Made by a program: the position numbers and the translations under genes. This document shows positions 20,411 through 31,475 of a DNA stretch of 64,000 nt, in pieces; the stretch's first letter is position 1; each line of letters begins with the position of its first letter. The stretch comes from an uncultured Pelagibacteraceae bacterium (GTDB lineage: Bacteria; Pseudomonadota; Alphaproteobacteria; Pelagibacterales; AG-422-B15). Below the pieces are notes generated by a model. That model did not search any database and was not told the DNA's origin. It saw only the letters and a list, made by a program, of their open reading frames with translations. The stretch covers positions 43,652 to 107,651 of the forward strand of contig CABYZG010000002.1 in the NCBI GenBank assembly GCA_902523455.1, in the 5' to 3' direction.

Positions 20411-21858
20411 TTTTTTTCAGTTAAAAGAGAGAACTGTTTTGATATATTGCCTTTTTCACGATCAATCAAACTTGTAGGGTACTCGCCTGTAAAACAATGA
20501 TCAGTAAATTGAGGTTGATCGGGATTTCTAGAGTCATAACCCATAGCTTGATAAGTGCCTTCTAATGATAAGAAAAATAAAGATTTAGATCCAATAGCTT
20601 TATTAATCTCTTCAATGCTGTTTTTTGACGCAATAAGTTCATTATAGTCAGGTGTATCTATACCATAGAAATCAGGATGTTTTATCGGAGGACATGCTAT
20701 ACCCAAATGTACTTCTTTTGCACCTGCATCATAAATCATTTTAATAATTTTTTTAGCTGTAGTTCCTCTCACAATTGAGTCATCAATTAAAATAACTTTT
20801 TTATTTTTAATATACGAAACATTAGCATTGTGTTTTAGTTTTACGCCAAATTGTCTAATACTTTGGGATGGCTCAATAAATGTTCTTCCAACATAGTGGT
20901 TTCTAATTATACCAAGTTCAAACGGCATGCTTGACTGCTGAGCATAGCCAAGAGCGGCTGGAACCCCCGAGTCAGGAACAGGTACAACTATATCTGCATC
21001 AACTTGATGTTCTTTTGCTAATTCTATTCCAAGATTTTTTCTATAAGAATAAACTGTGTTACCTCCGAGCATACTGTCAGGTCGAGAAAAATAAATTCTC
21101 TCAAAAATACATGGTCTTTCTGCAACTTTTGGGAAAGGTCTAATGCTTTCCATTCCTTTTTCTGAAATTATTATTATTTCTCCATTTTCAATTTCTCTGA
21201 CAAATTTTGCACCAATAATATCAAGGGCACATGTTTCTGAGGCTAGAACTGGGGCCCCGTTAAGGTCACCAAGAACTAAAGGTCTTATTCCATAAGGATC
21301 TCTTACACCAATAAGTTTCTTGTTTGTAAGAATAACAAGTGAATAGGCTCCATGGATTTGAAATAAAGCATCTATAAGTTTATCAACTATTTGCTTTCTC
21401 TCAGACTGCGCAACTAATTGCAAAATTGTTTCAGTATCAGATGTAGATTGAAAAATTGATCCACGACTAACAAGTTTTTCTCTTAAAGCTGAAGCATTTG
21501 TGAGGTTTCCATTATGCGCACATGCAAAGCCGCCTGACATTAAATCTGCATACAATGGCTGAATATTTTTTAAAATTGAGTCTCCAGTTGTTGAATATCT
21601 TACATGGCCAATAGCATTGCTGCCCTTTAGCCTATCAATTACCTCTTGTTTATTAAAGTGATCCCCAACAAGTCCTGGTCTTCTAACGCCGTGAAACTTT
21701 TCTCCATCAAATGAAACAATTCCTGCACCTTCTTGACCACGATGTTGTAGGGCATGTAATCCTAAGGCAGTAAGTGTGGAAGCGTCTGGGCTTCCAAATA
21801 TACCGAATACACCACATTCTTCATGAAGCTTATCTTCTGAAGTATTAATATATTCCAT
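20407..21858 (-). CDS. purF: Amidophosphoribosyltransferase
   Basis: Propeptide ...LHEE followed by CGVFG, ALQHRGQEGAG, GHVRYST, HNGNLTN, PVPDSG, IDDSIVRGTT. Confidence 0.97.
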   Translation of the reverse strand: MEYINTSEDKLHEECGVFGIFGSPDASTLTALGLHALQHRGQEGAGIVSFDGEKFHGVRRPGLVGDHFNKQEVIDRLKGSNAIGHVRYSTTGDSILKNIQPLYADLMSGGFACAHNGNLTNASALREKLVSRGSIFQSTSDTETILQLVAQSERKQIVDKLIDALFQIHGAYSLVILTNKKLIGVRDPYGIRPLVLGDLNGAPVLASETCALDIIGAKFVREIENGEIIIISEKGMESIRPFPKVAERPCIFERIYFSRPDSMLGGNTVYSYRKNLGIELAKEHQVDADIVVPVPDSGVPAALGYAQQSSMPFELGIIRNHYVGRTFIEPSQSIRQFGVKLKHNANVSYIKNKKVILIDDSIVRGTTAKKIIKMIYDAGAKEVHLGIACPPIKHPDFYGIDTPDYNELIASKNSIEEINKAIGSKSLFFLSLEGTYQAMGYDSRNPDQPQFTDHCFTGEYPTSLIDREKGNISKQFSLLTEKN

Positions 21859-21873
21859 TAATGAAACCTTTGT

Positions 21874-23943
21874 TTAGATTTCAGCATCCTTTATTGATAA
21901 TTTAACCTTGCCTTTATCAAAACCGATTACTTTGACTTTAACTATATCACCTTCACTTACAACGTCAGTAACTTTCTCAACTCTCTCTTCAGAAAGTTGC
22001 GAAATATGAACAAGTCCATCCCTTTTTCCAAAGAAATTAACAAATGCGCCAAATTCCATAATTTTAACAACCTTACCCTCATAAACCTGACCAACTTCAG
22101 GCTCTTCAATAATTGAGTTTATTAATTCAATTGCGGCTTGAATTGATTCATTATTGGTTCCAGCTATTTTTACATTGCCACTATCACTAATATCGATTCT
22201 TGCTCCGGATTTTTCAATTATATCTTTTATAGTTGCACCACCTTTTCCAATAATTTCACCAATATTATCTCTTTTGACTTTCATCATTTCAACTCTTGGT
22301 GTGTAAGGTCCAAGCTCAGTTCTAGGAGAGTCTAAAGCTTTATTCATTTCATTTAAGATATATTCTCTTCCTCCTTTAGCTTGGTCGAGAGCTTTTTCCA
22401 TAATCTCATATGTGATTCCAGTGATTTTAATATCCATCTGCAATGATGTAACACCATCTTTGGTGCCTGCTACTTTAAAATCCATATCACCTAAATGATC
22501 TTCATCACCTAGAATATCAGATAACACAGCAAAATCATCGCCTTCTTTGATTAATCCCATTGCAATACCTGAAACAGAATTTTTGATGGGAACCCCAGCA
22601 TCCATTAGAGCGAGTGAAGATCCACAAACAGTCGCCATCGATGATGAACCGTTTGATTCAGTGATGTCTGATACTAAACGGATTGTGTAATCAAAATCCT
22701 CTTTACTAGGCAATACAGCTTTAAGAGCTCTCCAGGCTAATTTACCATGACCAATTTCTCTTCTACCTGCTGAACCCATTCTTCCAACTTCACCAACTGA
22801 ATATGGAGGAAAATTATAATGAAGCATGAAATTTTCTTTATAAGAACCTTGAAGTGCCTCAATTCGTTGCTCGTCTTCTCCAAATCCTAGAGTTGCAACA
22901 ACAATTGCCTGTGTTTCACCTCTAGTAAATAAAGATGATCCATGTGTTCTGGGCAACCATGATACTTCTGAAGAAATATCTCTTACTTCATCAAGCTTAC
23001 GCCCATCAATTCTAGATTTATCATTCAAAATTTGAGACCTGACGATATTTTTTTCAATTTTTTTGAAATATGACATTACTTCATTAATATTTTGATCTTC
23101 AATGTCAGCGTATTTTTCTTCTAAAACAGACTTAATTTCGCTTAATGAGTTTTGTCTTTCCATCTTATTAACAATTGAATAACTTTTTTTAATTTGATCT
23201 TCGAATTCGTTTTTGAGCTCATTCATCAACTCATCATTAACGTTATGTTCAAAATCCCATGGATCTTTAGCGCACTCCTCAGCAAGATTGATAATTATTT
23301 TAATGACTTCTTGCATCGATTCGTGCCCGAATTTTACTGCACCCAGCATAATTTCCTCAGAAAGTTCTTTAGCTTCAGACTCTACCATCAAGACTGCGTC
23401 TTGAGTTCCAGACACAACAAGATCTAATTGAGTGTCTTCATTTATTTTTGGATTTAATATATAATCCTTACCGTCATAACCAACTCTACATCCGCCGATT
23501 GGTCCCATAAATGGTATACCAGATAATGTCAAAGCACTAGAAGCGGCTATCATTGCAACTATGTCAGGATTTGTCTCTGTATCGTGAGATAATACAGTTA
23601 AAATAACTTGAGTTTCGTTCTTGAAACCCTCAGGAAATAATGGCCTTATGGGCCTATCAATTAGTCTTGAAGTGAGGGTTTCAAATTCAGTAGGTCTTCC
23701 TTCACGTTTAAAAAAGCCTCCTGGAATTTTTCCTGCAGCATAAAATTTTTCTTGGTAACTAACAGTAAGTGGAAAAAAATCAACATCGGGCTTAGCGGTT
23801 TTAGCTGCTACGACATTTGCCATAACAACTGTGTCTCCGTAACTAACTATAGTTGAAGCTGTTGCTTGTTTTGCTACCTTTCCAGTTTCTATTTTTAATA
23901 CTTGGTTTCCCCAATTCATTTCTCTTGAAATAGATTTTTTCAT
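21874..23943 (-). CDS. pnp: Polyribonucleotide nucleotidyltransferase
   Basis: [41 protein letters not shown] and S1 domains. Confidence 0.98.
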   Translation of the reverse strand: MKKSISREMNWGNQVLKIETGKVAKQATASTIVSYGDTVVMANVVAAKTAKPDVDFFPLTVSYQEKFYAAGKIPGGFFKREGRPTEFETLTSRLIDRPIRPLFPEGFKNETQVILTVLSHDTETNPDIVAMIAASSALTLSGIPFMGPIGGCRVGYDGKDYILNPKINEDTQLDLVVSGTQDAVLMVESEAKELSEEIMLGAVKFGHESMQEVIKIIINLAEECAKDPWDFEHNVNDELMNELKNEFEDQIKKSYSIVNKMERQNSLSEIKSVLEEKYADIEDQNINEVMSYFKKIEKNIVRSQILNDKSRIDGRKLDEVRDISSEVSWLPRTHGSSLFTRGETQAIVVATLGFGEDEQRIEALQGSYKENFMLHYNFPPYSVGEVGRMGSAGRREIGHGKLAWRALKAVLPSKEDFDYTIRLVSDITESNGSSSMATVCGSSLALMDAGVPIKNSVSGIAMGLIKEGDDFAVLSDILGDEDHLGDMDFKVAGTKDGVTSLQMDIKITGITYEIMEKALDQAKGGREYILNEMNKALDSPRTELGPYTPRVEMMKVKRDNIGEIIGKGGATIKDIIEKSGARIDISDSGNVKIAGTNNESIQAAIELINSIIEEPEVGQVYEGKVVKIMEFGAFVNFFGKRDGLVHISQLSEERVEKVTDVVSEGDIVKVKVIGFDKGKVKLSIKDAEI

Positions 23944-23981
23944 ATTCTTTCATTCCTCTAAAATTTTTAATTATCATTCCT

Positions 23982-24251
23982 TTATTTTCTAATACCGAGT
24001 TTTTCTATTAATTTCTCGTAAGATACTTTATTGCTTTTTTTTAAGTATGCTAGCAAGCTCCGTCTTTGGTTAATTAGTCGCATAAGACCAGTTCTTGAAT
24101 GGTTATCTTTTTTATGTGACTGAAAATGTTCAGTTAAATTAGATATTCTTTCACTTAAAATAGCTATTTGTACCTCTGGTGAGCCTGTATCCTTTTCGGA
24201 TCTTGCATATTCGTCAATTATTTTTGTCTTATTTTCTCTATTTATCGACAT
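23982..24251 (-). CDS. rpsO: 30S ribosomal protein S15 (ATG 24251; ORF track starts at GTG 24254)
   Basis: [36 protein letters not shown]. The SD AAGGG overlaps the truB stop. Confidence 0.97.
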   Translation of the reverse strand: MSINRENKTKIIDEYARSEKDTGSPEVQIAILSERISNLTEHFQSHKKDNHSRTGLMRLINQRRSLLAYLKKSNKVSYEKLIEKLGIRK

Positions 24252-24261
24252 CACTATTCCC

Positions 24262-25134
24262 TTATAAGTTAAAAACCCTAACAGGTTTTATTTTATCCTC
24301 TATAGCTTTACCTATACCCACGAACTTTGTGTTTGTTTCAATTAATAAATACTCATTCTCAGATTTTTTATTAATATATTCAAAGCTTAGACCATTCCGA
24401 AATTTATGGCTTATTTCTTGATCGATCAATACTGCCGGGATGTCGTCCAGTACTTCTCTTATTGAATGCATTACTTCAAAATGACCGCCAATATGAACTA
24501 ATTCTTCAAATTTATCTAGTAAAATAATATCTTTTTCATCAATTTTACCTATTTTAACTCTTCTTAAATCAGAAACATATGCATATGTTCCAAGCATTTT
24601 TCCTAAATCTCTTGCTACTGATCGCACATAAGTCCCAGTGGAACATTCCATTATAAAAGAATACTCATTCATATTTTTAGCACCCAAACATTTTATATTT
24701 TCTATAAATACATCTTTAGCTTTAAGTTCAATTCTTTGATTTTCTCTTGCAAGTTTATAAGCTCTTTTACCATTAACCTTTACAGCAGAATATTGCGGTG
24801 GTATTTGAGCATTTTTACCAATAAACTTTCTTATACATTGATTTATTTCATCCAATGTGGGGATAATATTTGATTTTTTAATTGTCCTTCCAGTTATATC
24901 GTCAGTATCTTTCAGTTCTCCAAAAACTACATTAAATTTATACACTTTATTTTGGTTAAAATAATGAATACTTTTTGTTGCCTCACCCAAAGCAATTGCA
25001 AGTATTCCAGTTGCAAAAGGGTCTAAAGTACCTGAGTGACCAATTTTCTTAATATTTAAAATTTTTTTAAGTCTTTTAATCACTTCAAATGAAGTTATAT
25101 TTTTTGGCTTATCTATAAATATCCAAGAGTTCAT
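24262..25134 (-). CDS. truB: tRNA pseudouridine(55) synthase
   Basis: [42 protein letters not shown]. Confidence 0.97.
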   Translation of the reverse strand: MNSWIFIDKPKNITSFEVIKRLKKILNIKKIGHSGTLDPFATGILAIALGEATKSIHYFNQNKVYKFNVVFGELKDTDDITGRTIKKSNIIPTLDEINQCIRKFIGKNAQIPPQYSAVKVNGKRAYKLARENQRIELKAKDVFIENIKCLGAKNMNEYSFIMECSTGTYVRSVARDLGKMLGTYAYVSDLRRVKIGKIDEKDIILLDKFEELVHIGGHFEVMHSIREVLDDIPAVLIDQEISHKFRNGLSFEYINKKSENEYLLIETNTKFVGIGKAIEDKIKPVRVFNL

Positions 25135-25137
25135 GAA

Positions 25138-25527
25138 TTAATTTGTTTTTAAATCATTAAGAATTTTTTTTGATCTTAATAATTTTTCTAAATTACTAAT
25201 TTCATTAATGCTTTTATCATTTCTAAAAACAAGTTTAGGAGAAAACTTTAAATTAATTAAACTTGTTACTTCTCTAGCAAGATATTGCTTACAGGAATTT
25301 AATTTAACAATAATTTCATTTTCATCAATTTTTTCATGCGTAATTACATAGATATATGCAATCTTTAAATCAGAATTCATTTCAACTTTTACTACATTAA
25401 TTGGAAAATTAAAAGGTACATCAAGTGGCAGTTCATTTCTAACTAAAACTTCACTTATAGCTTTTCTGATTATCTCAGAAACCTTTGATGATCTGCTGGT
25501 CTTTTCAGTTGTTCTTTTTAGGATCAC
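25138..25527 (-). CDS. rbfA: 30S ribosome-binding factor A
   Basis: V..VEMNSDLKIAYIYV and LKFSPKLVFRND; between infB and truB. Confidence 0.88.
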   Translation of the reverse strand: MILKRTTEKTSRSSKVSEIIRKAISEVLVRNELPLDVPFNFPINVVKVEMNSDLKIAYIYVITHEKIDENEIIVKLNSCKQYLAREVTSLINLKFSPKLVFRNDKSINEISNLEKLLRSKKILNDLKTN

Positions 25528-27923
25528 AGTGATTGTGCTATTTCTTCTATACTGAATGCCTCAATATAATCACCAACTTCGAAGTCATTAAATTCTTTAA
25601 TACTAATTCCACATTCTGTTCCTGATTTTACCTCATTCGCCTCATTTTTTTCTCTTTTTAAACTAAGAATGTCTCCATCATAAATGGTTTTATCATTCCT
25701 TGTTACTTTAACTTTTGCATTCTTATTAAATGATCCCTCAACTACTTTACAGCCAGCGATTGAACCGATTTTTGAAACTTTAAAAATTTGCAAAACCTCT
25801 GCTTTGCCAATAAAATTTTCTTTAATAGTAGGTTTCAATTTGCCACTAGCAAAATTAGATACATACTCAATAAGCTCATAAATTATATTAAAGTTTTGGA
25901 TTGAAACATTGTTAATTTTTGCTTTAGCCTTGGCTTCTTTTGTAGTTGTGGAATTGAATGATATCAATAATGCGTTTGATGCTGATGCAAGAGCTACATC
26001 ACTTTCATTTATAAAACCAACTCCGGAATGAATAACATTAATCATTATTTTATCACTTTTTATATTTTCTAATTGATGAATTATAGCTTGAGATGAACCA
26101 CGAGTATCAGCTTTGATTACAACCTCTAGTATTTCCTTACTATTTTCAAGAGAACCAAAAGCTAAGTCATTGTCTATATTTTTTATTTTTTTTGGTAAAA
26201 TTTTATTTTTTTTAATTTGACTTCTAATTTCACACAATTCTCTAGCTTTTTCATCACTTTCAACGGTAACAAAACTGTCTCCAGCCTCAGGTGGCTCATT
26301 AAGACCCAATACTTGTACAGGCATAGACGAAATTGCCTCCATTAAATTTTGTCCTTTATCATTCAATATTGCCCTAACTTTTCCGTACTCACTTCCAGCT
26401 ACAGCTATATCACCTACTTTTAATTTCCCATTTGTTATAATAATATTACAAAGAGGTCCTCTTCCTTTATCAACATTTGCCTCAATAACAGTTGCTTCAG
26501 CAAAAGTTTCATTGTTTGTTTTTAATTCTGAGAGTTCAGCCTGTAAAACAATGGCCTCAAGTAATCTATCAATATTACTGCCTGTTTCAGCCGATACTTC
26601 AACTGATTGAATCTCACCTGACAAGTCTTCAACTATTAAGTCTTCTGAAAGAAGTTGCTCTTTTATTTTTTGAGGATTTGAGTCGGGTTTATCACATTTG
26701 TTAATTGCAACTATAATTGGCACTTTAGCCGACTTTGCATGTGAAATAGCTTCTTTGGTCTGAGGCATTACTCCGTCATCAGCAGCAACTATTAAAACTA
26801 CGATATCTGTTACATTTGCACCTCTTGCACGCATATCAGTGAAAGCTGCATGTCCTGGAGTATCAATAAAGGTAATTTTTTTTGTATTATGAATTACTTC
26901 ATAAGCACCAATATGCTGAGTGATCCCTCCACTTTCCGCTGAGACAACATTTGAATTTCTTATCTTATCTAATAGAGAAGTTTTTCCATGATCAACGTGG
27001 CCCATTATAGTCACTATCGGCGACCTTATGTCATTTTTTTTTGCTTTTGTATCTTTTGATATAAGATCTTTTTCAATATCTTCTATATTTTCTCTTTTGA
27101 AATTATGACCAAATTCAGTTACTAAAATTTCAGCTGTATCAGCATCGATTGATTCATTTATTGTGGCCATCATCCCCATTTTCATAAGTGATTTTATTAA
27201 GTCGCCTGACTTTTCGGTCATTCTATTAGCTAATTCTTTTACTGTTATAAATTCAGGTATGTATACATCTCTAACAAGTTTTTTTGCAGGCTCTTGTTCT
27301 ACTTGAGTTTTTTTGGTTTTTTGTTTTGCTCTTTTGTAGGCTGCGAGACTTCTTGTTCTTTCGTCAATGTCGCTTAATGCTGTAACAATAGTAACTTTTC
27401 TCTCTCTTATTTTTTTACGGCCAAATGTATTTTGAATTTTCTTTTTATCTTCAAGCTCGTTAGGTTGTTCTGAGTTTTTTTTCTTATCAGAATCTTTTTT
27501 GTGATCTCTATTTTCTAAGTTCTCTAAGTTAATATTATTGTTTTCTATTATGGGTGAATTTTGTTTTCCTGAATGATGTGGTATATTTCCAGATCTAATT
27601 TTATTTATTTCCTCCTTTTTTTCTTTTTTACTATCGGCTTTTAAAATTCTTTTTTGTTCATCTTTGGTCAGCGGCTTTAGCAAAACACCTGATTTATTTT
27701 GTCTTTTTTCATTATTTTCATGAGGGCTTTTTTCGATAGTTTGCTTCTTTGTAACATGTGTTTGAGTCTCAGTTTCTGGATTGATACCTCTTTTATATCT
27801 CTTTTTTTCAACAATTACTGTCTTGCCCACTTCAATATTTCTTTTAGGCGTAATAGGGGGTTTAACCCCTAACTTTAAACTTAAAGTCTTATTCTTTTTT
27901 GTTTTATCTTTAATATCGGTCAT
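25524..27923 (-). CDS. infB: Translation initiation factor IF-2
   Basis: [39 protein letters not shown]-terminal ECGI. Confidence 0.98.
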   Translation of the reverse strand: MTDIKDKTKKNKTLSLKLGVKPPITPKRNIEVGKTVIVEKKRYKRGINPETETQTHVTKKQTIEKSPHENNEKRQNKSGVLLKPLTKDEQKRILKADSKKEKKEEINKIRSGNIPHHSGKQNSPIIENNNINLENLENRDHKKDSDKKKNSEQPNELEDKKKIQNTFGRKKIRERKVTIVTALSDIDERTRSLAAYKRAKQKTKKTQVEQEPAKKLVRDVYIPEFITVKELANRMTEKSGDLIKSLMKMGMMATINESIDADTAEILVTEFGHNFKRENIEDIEKDLISKDTKAKKNDIRSPIVTIMGHVDHGKTSLLDKIRNSNVVSAESGGITQHIGAYEVIHNTKKITFIDTPGHAAFTDMRARGANVTDIVVLIVAADDGVMPQTKEAISHAKSAKVPIIVAINKCDKPDSNPQKIKEQLLSEDLIVEDLSGEIQSVEVSAETGSNIDRLLEAIVLQAELSELKTNNETFAEATVIEANVDKGRGPLCNIIITNGKLKVGDIAVAGSEYGKVRAILNDKGQNLMEAISSMPVQVLGLNEPPEAGDSFVTVESDEKARELCEIRSQIKKNKILPKKIKNIDNDLAFGSLENSKEILEVVIKADTRGSSQAIIHQLENIKSDKIMINVIHSGVGFINESDVALASASNALLISFNSTTTKEAKAKAKINNVSIQNFNIIYELIEYVSNFASGKLKPTIKENFIGKAEVLQIFKVSKIGSIAGCKVVEGSFNKNAKVKVTRNDKTIYDGDILSLKREKNEANEVKSGTECGISIKEFNDFEVGDYIEAFSIEEIAQSL

Positions 27924-27944
27924 TATAGAAATTCATAAATTGTA

Positions 27945-29480
27945 TTATTCATGCCATATTTTTCTTGCTTCTAAAATCAGTTGGTCACCCTCTTCTCGTG
28001 TTAAATTAAACTCTTCTAGTAATCCTTCTACTTTTGAATTTTTGTCTCCTTTTATTTCCAAGTAACCAATTAGATCATCTGTAGTCAATCCAGCAAAGTC
28101 ATCAAGTGTCTTAACATCATTTTCAGCTAATTTAACAATCATTGCTTTTGTAAGTAACTCAAACTGAATTAAATCATTAGAAACTTTCATGTTATTAATT
28201 TTTGTTTGATTTTCCTTATCTTTATCTGACAAGAATTTCTTTGCTCTTTCAATTAATTCTGATGCAATTTCTTCGTCAAATCCCTCAATAGATAATAATT
28301 CTGATTTGTCTGTATCTATTATTTCCTCTACACTACCAAAACCCTCACTGACGAGTAGTTGTGCAAGTGTTTCATCAACATCTAAAGATAAGACGAATAT
28401 GTCTGTTTTATTTGTAAAATCTTCTTGTCGCTTGGATGACTCTTCATCTTCAGTTAATATATCGATCTCGTATCCAGTTAATTCAGTTGCAAGTTTAACA
28501 TTTTGGCCTCTTCTTCCAATAGCGAGACTCAAGTGTTCTTCAGATACTACAACTTCAATTTTATTTTGGTCTTCATCAATAACAACTTTTAATACTTCAG
28601 CTGGTGACAGTGAAGCAATAGCTAAATTTGCAACATTGTCTGACCAATTTATAATATCAATTTTCTCTCCTTGTAGTTCATTTACTACAGCCTGAACACG
28701 GCTACCTCTCATACCAACACACGCGCCAACAGGGTCAATTGAGCCATCTTCAGTAAAAACTGCAATTTTTGCTCTACTGCCAGGATCGCGCGCTACACTT
28801 TTAATGCTAATAATACCATCATAAATTTCTGGCACCTCTTGGGTAAATAGTTTTGCCATAAATTGTGGATGAGATCTGGACAAGAATATTTGTGGTCCTT
28901 TTAATTCTGCACGAACATCATAAATATAAGCTCTTACCCTATCACCATTACGCAAATTTTCTCTTGGGATGGTTTGATCTTTTCTAATGACACCCTCGGC
29001 TTTGCCTAAATCAAGTATAATATTTCCAAATTCCATTCTTTTAACAATTCCGTTTACGATCTCGCCAACCCTATCTTTATATTCGTTGTACTGTCTATCT
29101 CTTTCTGCCTCACGAACTTTTGAATTAATCACTTGCTTTGCAGATTGCGCTGCTATTCTTCCAAAATCTAAAGGAGGAAGTGGATCAAGCAGTTGATCTC
29201 CTATTTGAGCAGCTCCATTTATTTTTTTTGCTGCTTTAAGAGTAATTTCCAAAAATTTATTTTTAACATCATCAACAACGAGCATTTTTCTTGATATTGA
29301 AATATCTCCATTATCTTGATTAATTTCAACAATAACTTCATTTTCTTCACCATAATTACTTTTGGCGGCTTTAGCAATTGCCTCTTCTAAAGCCTCTATA
29401 ACAATTGATTTATCGATCATTTTTTCTTGAGCAACAGCTTCAGCAATTCTTAGAATTTCAATTTTATTTGCACTAACCAT
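27945..29480 (-). CDS. nusA: Transcription termination/antitermination factor NusA
   Basis: GRIAAQSAKQVI, ARDPGSRAKIAV, DPVGACVGMRGSRVQ, AIGRRGQNV, acidic C-terminal repeats. Confidence 0.98.
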   Translation of the reverse strand: MVSANKIEILRIAEAVAQEKMIDKSIVIEALEEAIAKAAKSNYGEENEVIVEINQDNGDISISRKMLVVDDVKNKFLEITLKAAKKINGAAQIGDQLLDPLPPLDFGRIAAQSAKQVINSKVREAERDRQYNEYKDRVGEIVNGIVKRMEFGNIILDLGKAEGVIRKDQTIPRENLRNGDRVRAYIYDVRAELKGPQIFLSRSHPQFMAKLFTQEVPEIYDGIISIKSVARDPGSRAKIAVFTEDGSIDPVGACVGMRGSRVQAVVNELQGEKIDIINWSDNVANLAIASLSPAEVLKVVIDEDQNKIEVVVSEEHLSLAIGRRGQNVKLATELTGYEIDILTEDEESSKRQEDFTNKTDIFVLSLDVDETLAQLLVSEGFGSVEEIIDTDKSELLSIEGFDEEIASELIERAKKFLSDKDKENQTKINNMKVSNDLIQFELLTKAMIVKLAENDVKTLDDFAGLTTDDLIGYLEIKGDKNSKVEGLLEEFNLTREEGDQLILEARKIWHE

Positions 29481-29496
29481 ATGTATCCTTCAGCGT

Positions 29497-29524
29497 AAAA
29501 AAAAAGCGGGTTTAACCCACTTTT
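29497..29524 (-). terminator. Terminator-like hairpin in the nusA leader (candidate attenuator)
   Basis: Minus strand AAAAGTGGG-TTAAA-CCCGCTTTTTTTTT (one G-U pair, U9 tract), ending 16 nt before the nusA ATG. Confidence 0.7.
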
Positions 29525-29550
29525 GTTTGAATTAGCAATATTTTCGTATT

Positions 29551-29579
29551 TCTATACACCTGTAGAATTAATAAATCAA
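29551..29579 (-). promoter_or_regulatory. Putative sigma70 promoter for nusA (TTGATT-N17-TATAGA)
   Basis: Minus strand CTTGATT TATTAATTCTACAGGTG TATAGA, directly upstream of the hairpin. Confidence 0.45.
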
Positions 29580-29599
29580 GTAAGTAAAATTTAGTTATT

Positions 29600-30304
29600 T
29601 CACAGAGTTAGCAGATAGATTTTGCCCCCATTTTCTAGTGCTTTTCTTTGATATCTTGAGACTCCATATAATTCATCGTTTTTATTCAGTATAGATGAAC
29701 TAAATTTCCCGAAACTATCTTTATATTCATTTAGGAGTCTTACAGTGTCTCTCAGATAATCTGGAGAGTCAGTAGTCATATATATTGAATTTTTTGATTT
29801 TGTTATTTTATTTAAAAGACTTAATATTTCGTAAGACATTAATCTTCTTTTATGATGTCTTTTCTTTACCCAGGGATCGGGGTTAATAAGAAAAATTTTA
29901 TCAATGGATTTATGTGGCATTGCTTCTAAAAAATAAAAACTATTTAAATTGCTTAAGATTATATTTTTTAACCCAAAATCTAAAATTGACTCAAGAACTT
30001 TAGCAATACCATTTAAATAAACTTCGACACCTATAAATAATTCATTTGGTCTAGTGATTGCATTTTGAATCAAAAACTCACCATTTCCAAAACCAATTTC
30101 AATATTGGTTATATCATAACCATCAGGTATATCTATTTTTCTATTTATTTTATCGTTGTTAAGACATTCGATAACATCCTGATCGAAAGAAAAATCGTTA
30201 TAAAACTTATTTATCAAGTTTTTTTTAGGTAAAGAAATTTTTTTGGATATTTTTCTTCCTTGAAAGGAATAATACTTAGGATATTTGTTTTTCAATAAAA
30301 ACAA
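29600..30304 (-). CDS. trmB: tRNA (guanine-N7)-methyltransferase
   Basis: EIGFGNGEF, IGVEVY, PDPWVKKRHHKRR, TTDSPDY. Confidence 0.94.
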   Translation of the reverse strand: MFLLKNKYPKYYSFQGRKISKKISLPKKNLINKFYNDFSFDQDVIECLNNDKINRKIDIPDGYDITNIEIGFGNGEFLIQNAITRPNELFIGVEVYLNGIAKVLESILDFGLKNIILSNLNSFYFLEAMPHKSIDKIFLINPDPWVKKRHHKRRLMSYEILSLLNKITKSKNSIYMTTDSPDYLRDTVRLLNEYKDSFGKFSSSILNKNDELYGVSRYQRKALENGGKIYLLTL

Positions 30305-30312
30305 GAACTTTT

Positions 30313-31470
30313 CTAGAGTTTTTTTGCTAGGTCAATATTTTCCCAAGTAAATGACCCATCACTCTCTGGTTCTCTTCCAAAATGACCATATGCTGCACTC
30401 TTTTTATAAATCGGTTTATGTAAATTAAGGTGATCCCTAATACCTCTAGGAGTAAGATCAATGTTGGATGTAATTTTTTTAATGAGATCTTCATCTGACA
30501 TCTGAGAAGTTCCATGTGTGTCTACATAGATTGAAAGCGGATCTGAAACGCCAATTGCATACGCAAGTTGAAGAGTGCATTTATCTGCAATCCCAGAAGC
30601 AACAACATTTTTAGCAATATATCTTGTGATATATGCCGCTGATCTATCAACCTTAGTAGGATCTTTTCCTGAAAATGCACCTCCACCATGTGGGGCCGCT
30701 CCACCGTAAGTATCAACTATTATTTTTCTTCCTGTCAGTCCTGTATCTCCATCAGGACCACCTATTACAAACTTTCCAGTAGGATTAATTAATATTTCAG
30801 TTTCATTACTAATCCACTCTTCAGGCATAATATTTTTTATTATCGGAATAATAATTTCACTAACTCCTCGTTGATCAAGATTTTCATCATGCTGAGTGGA
30901 AACTACTATTTTAGTACATTTCTCTGGTGAGTCATTATTATATTGAAGCGTAACTTGACTTTTAGAGTCGGGTTGTATTCCTGGTGTTTCGCCTTTCTTT
31001 CTTTTAAATGCCATTTCTTCTAAAATTTTATGTGAGTAGTATATTGGTGCAGGCATTAATGACGGCGTTTCTTTGCAAGCATAGCCAAACATGATTCCTT
31101 GATCACCCGCACCTTGATCTTTATTTCCTGATGCATCAACTCCCATAGCTATATCAGCAGATTGACTATGTACACCTGAACAGTCAAAAGAAAACTTTTT
31201 CCAATGAAAACCTTCTTGTTCATATCCAATCTCTTTCACTGCATTTCTTGCAAGCGTCTCGTAATCACAATTATAATTTTCTGGACCTCTTACTTCTCCA
31301 GCCATCACTACTTTATTTGTTGTTACTAACGTTTCCATTGCTACCCTAGAATTTTCAGGATTTTCCTGAGAGAGAAAATCATCAACTACAGAATCTGAAA
31401 TTATATCACATACCTTATCTGGGTGACCTTCTGAAACTGACTCACTTGTAAAAAGATACTTGTTGCTCAT
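30313..31470 (-). CDS. metK: S-adenosylmethionine synthetase
   Basis: [55 protein letters not shown]. Confidence 0.98.
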   Translation of the reverse strand: MSNKYLFTSESVSEGHPDKVCDIISDSVVDDFLSQENPENSRVAMETLVTTNKVVMAGEVRGPENYNCDYETLARNAVKEIGYEQEGFHWKKFSFDCSGVHSQSADIAMGVDASGNKDQGAGDQGIMFGYACKETPSLMPAPIYYSHKILEEMAFKRKKGETPGIQPDSKSQVTLQYNNDSPEKCTKIVVSTQHDENLDQRGVSEIIIPIIKNIMPEEWISNETEILINPTGKFVIGGPDGDTGLTGRKIIVDTYGGAAPHGGGAFSGKDPTKVDRSAAYITRYIAKNVVASGIADKCTLQLAYAIGVSDPLSIYVDTHGTSQMSDEDLIKKITSNIDLTPRGIRDHLNLHKPIYKKSAAYGHFGREPESDGSFTWENIDLAKKL

Positions 31471-31475
31471 ACGTT

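Noticed and set aside
31471-31475. SAM riboswitch upstream of metK
   Set aside because: Only 5 bp separate lnt from metK, and I recognised no aptamer.
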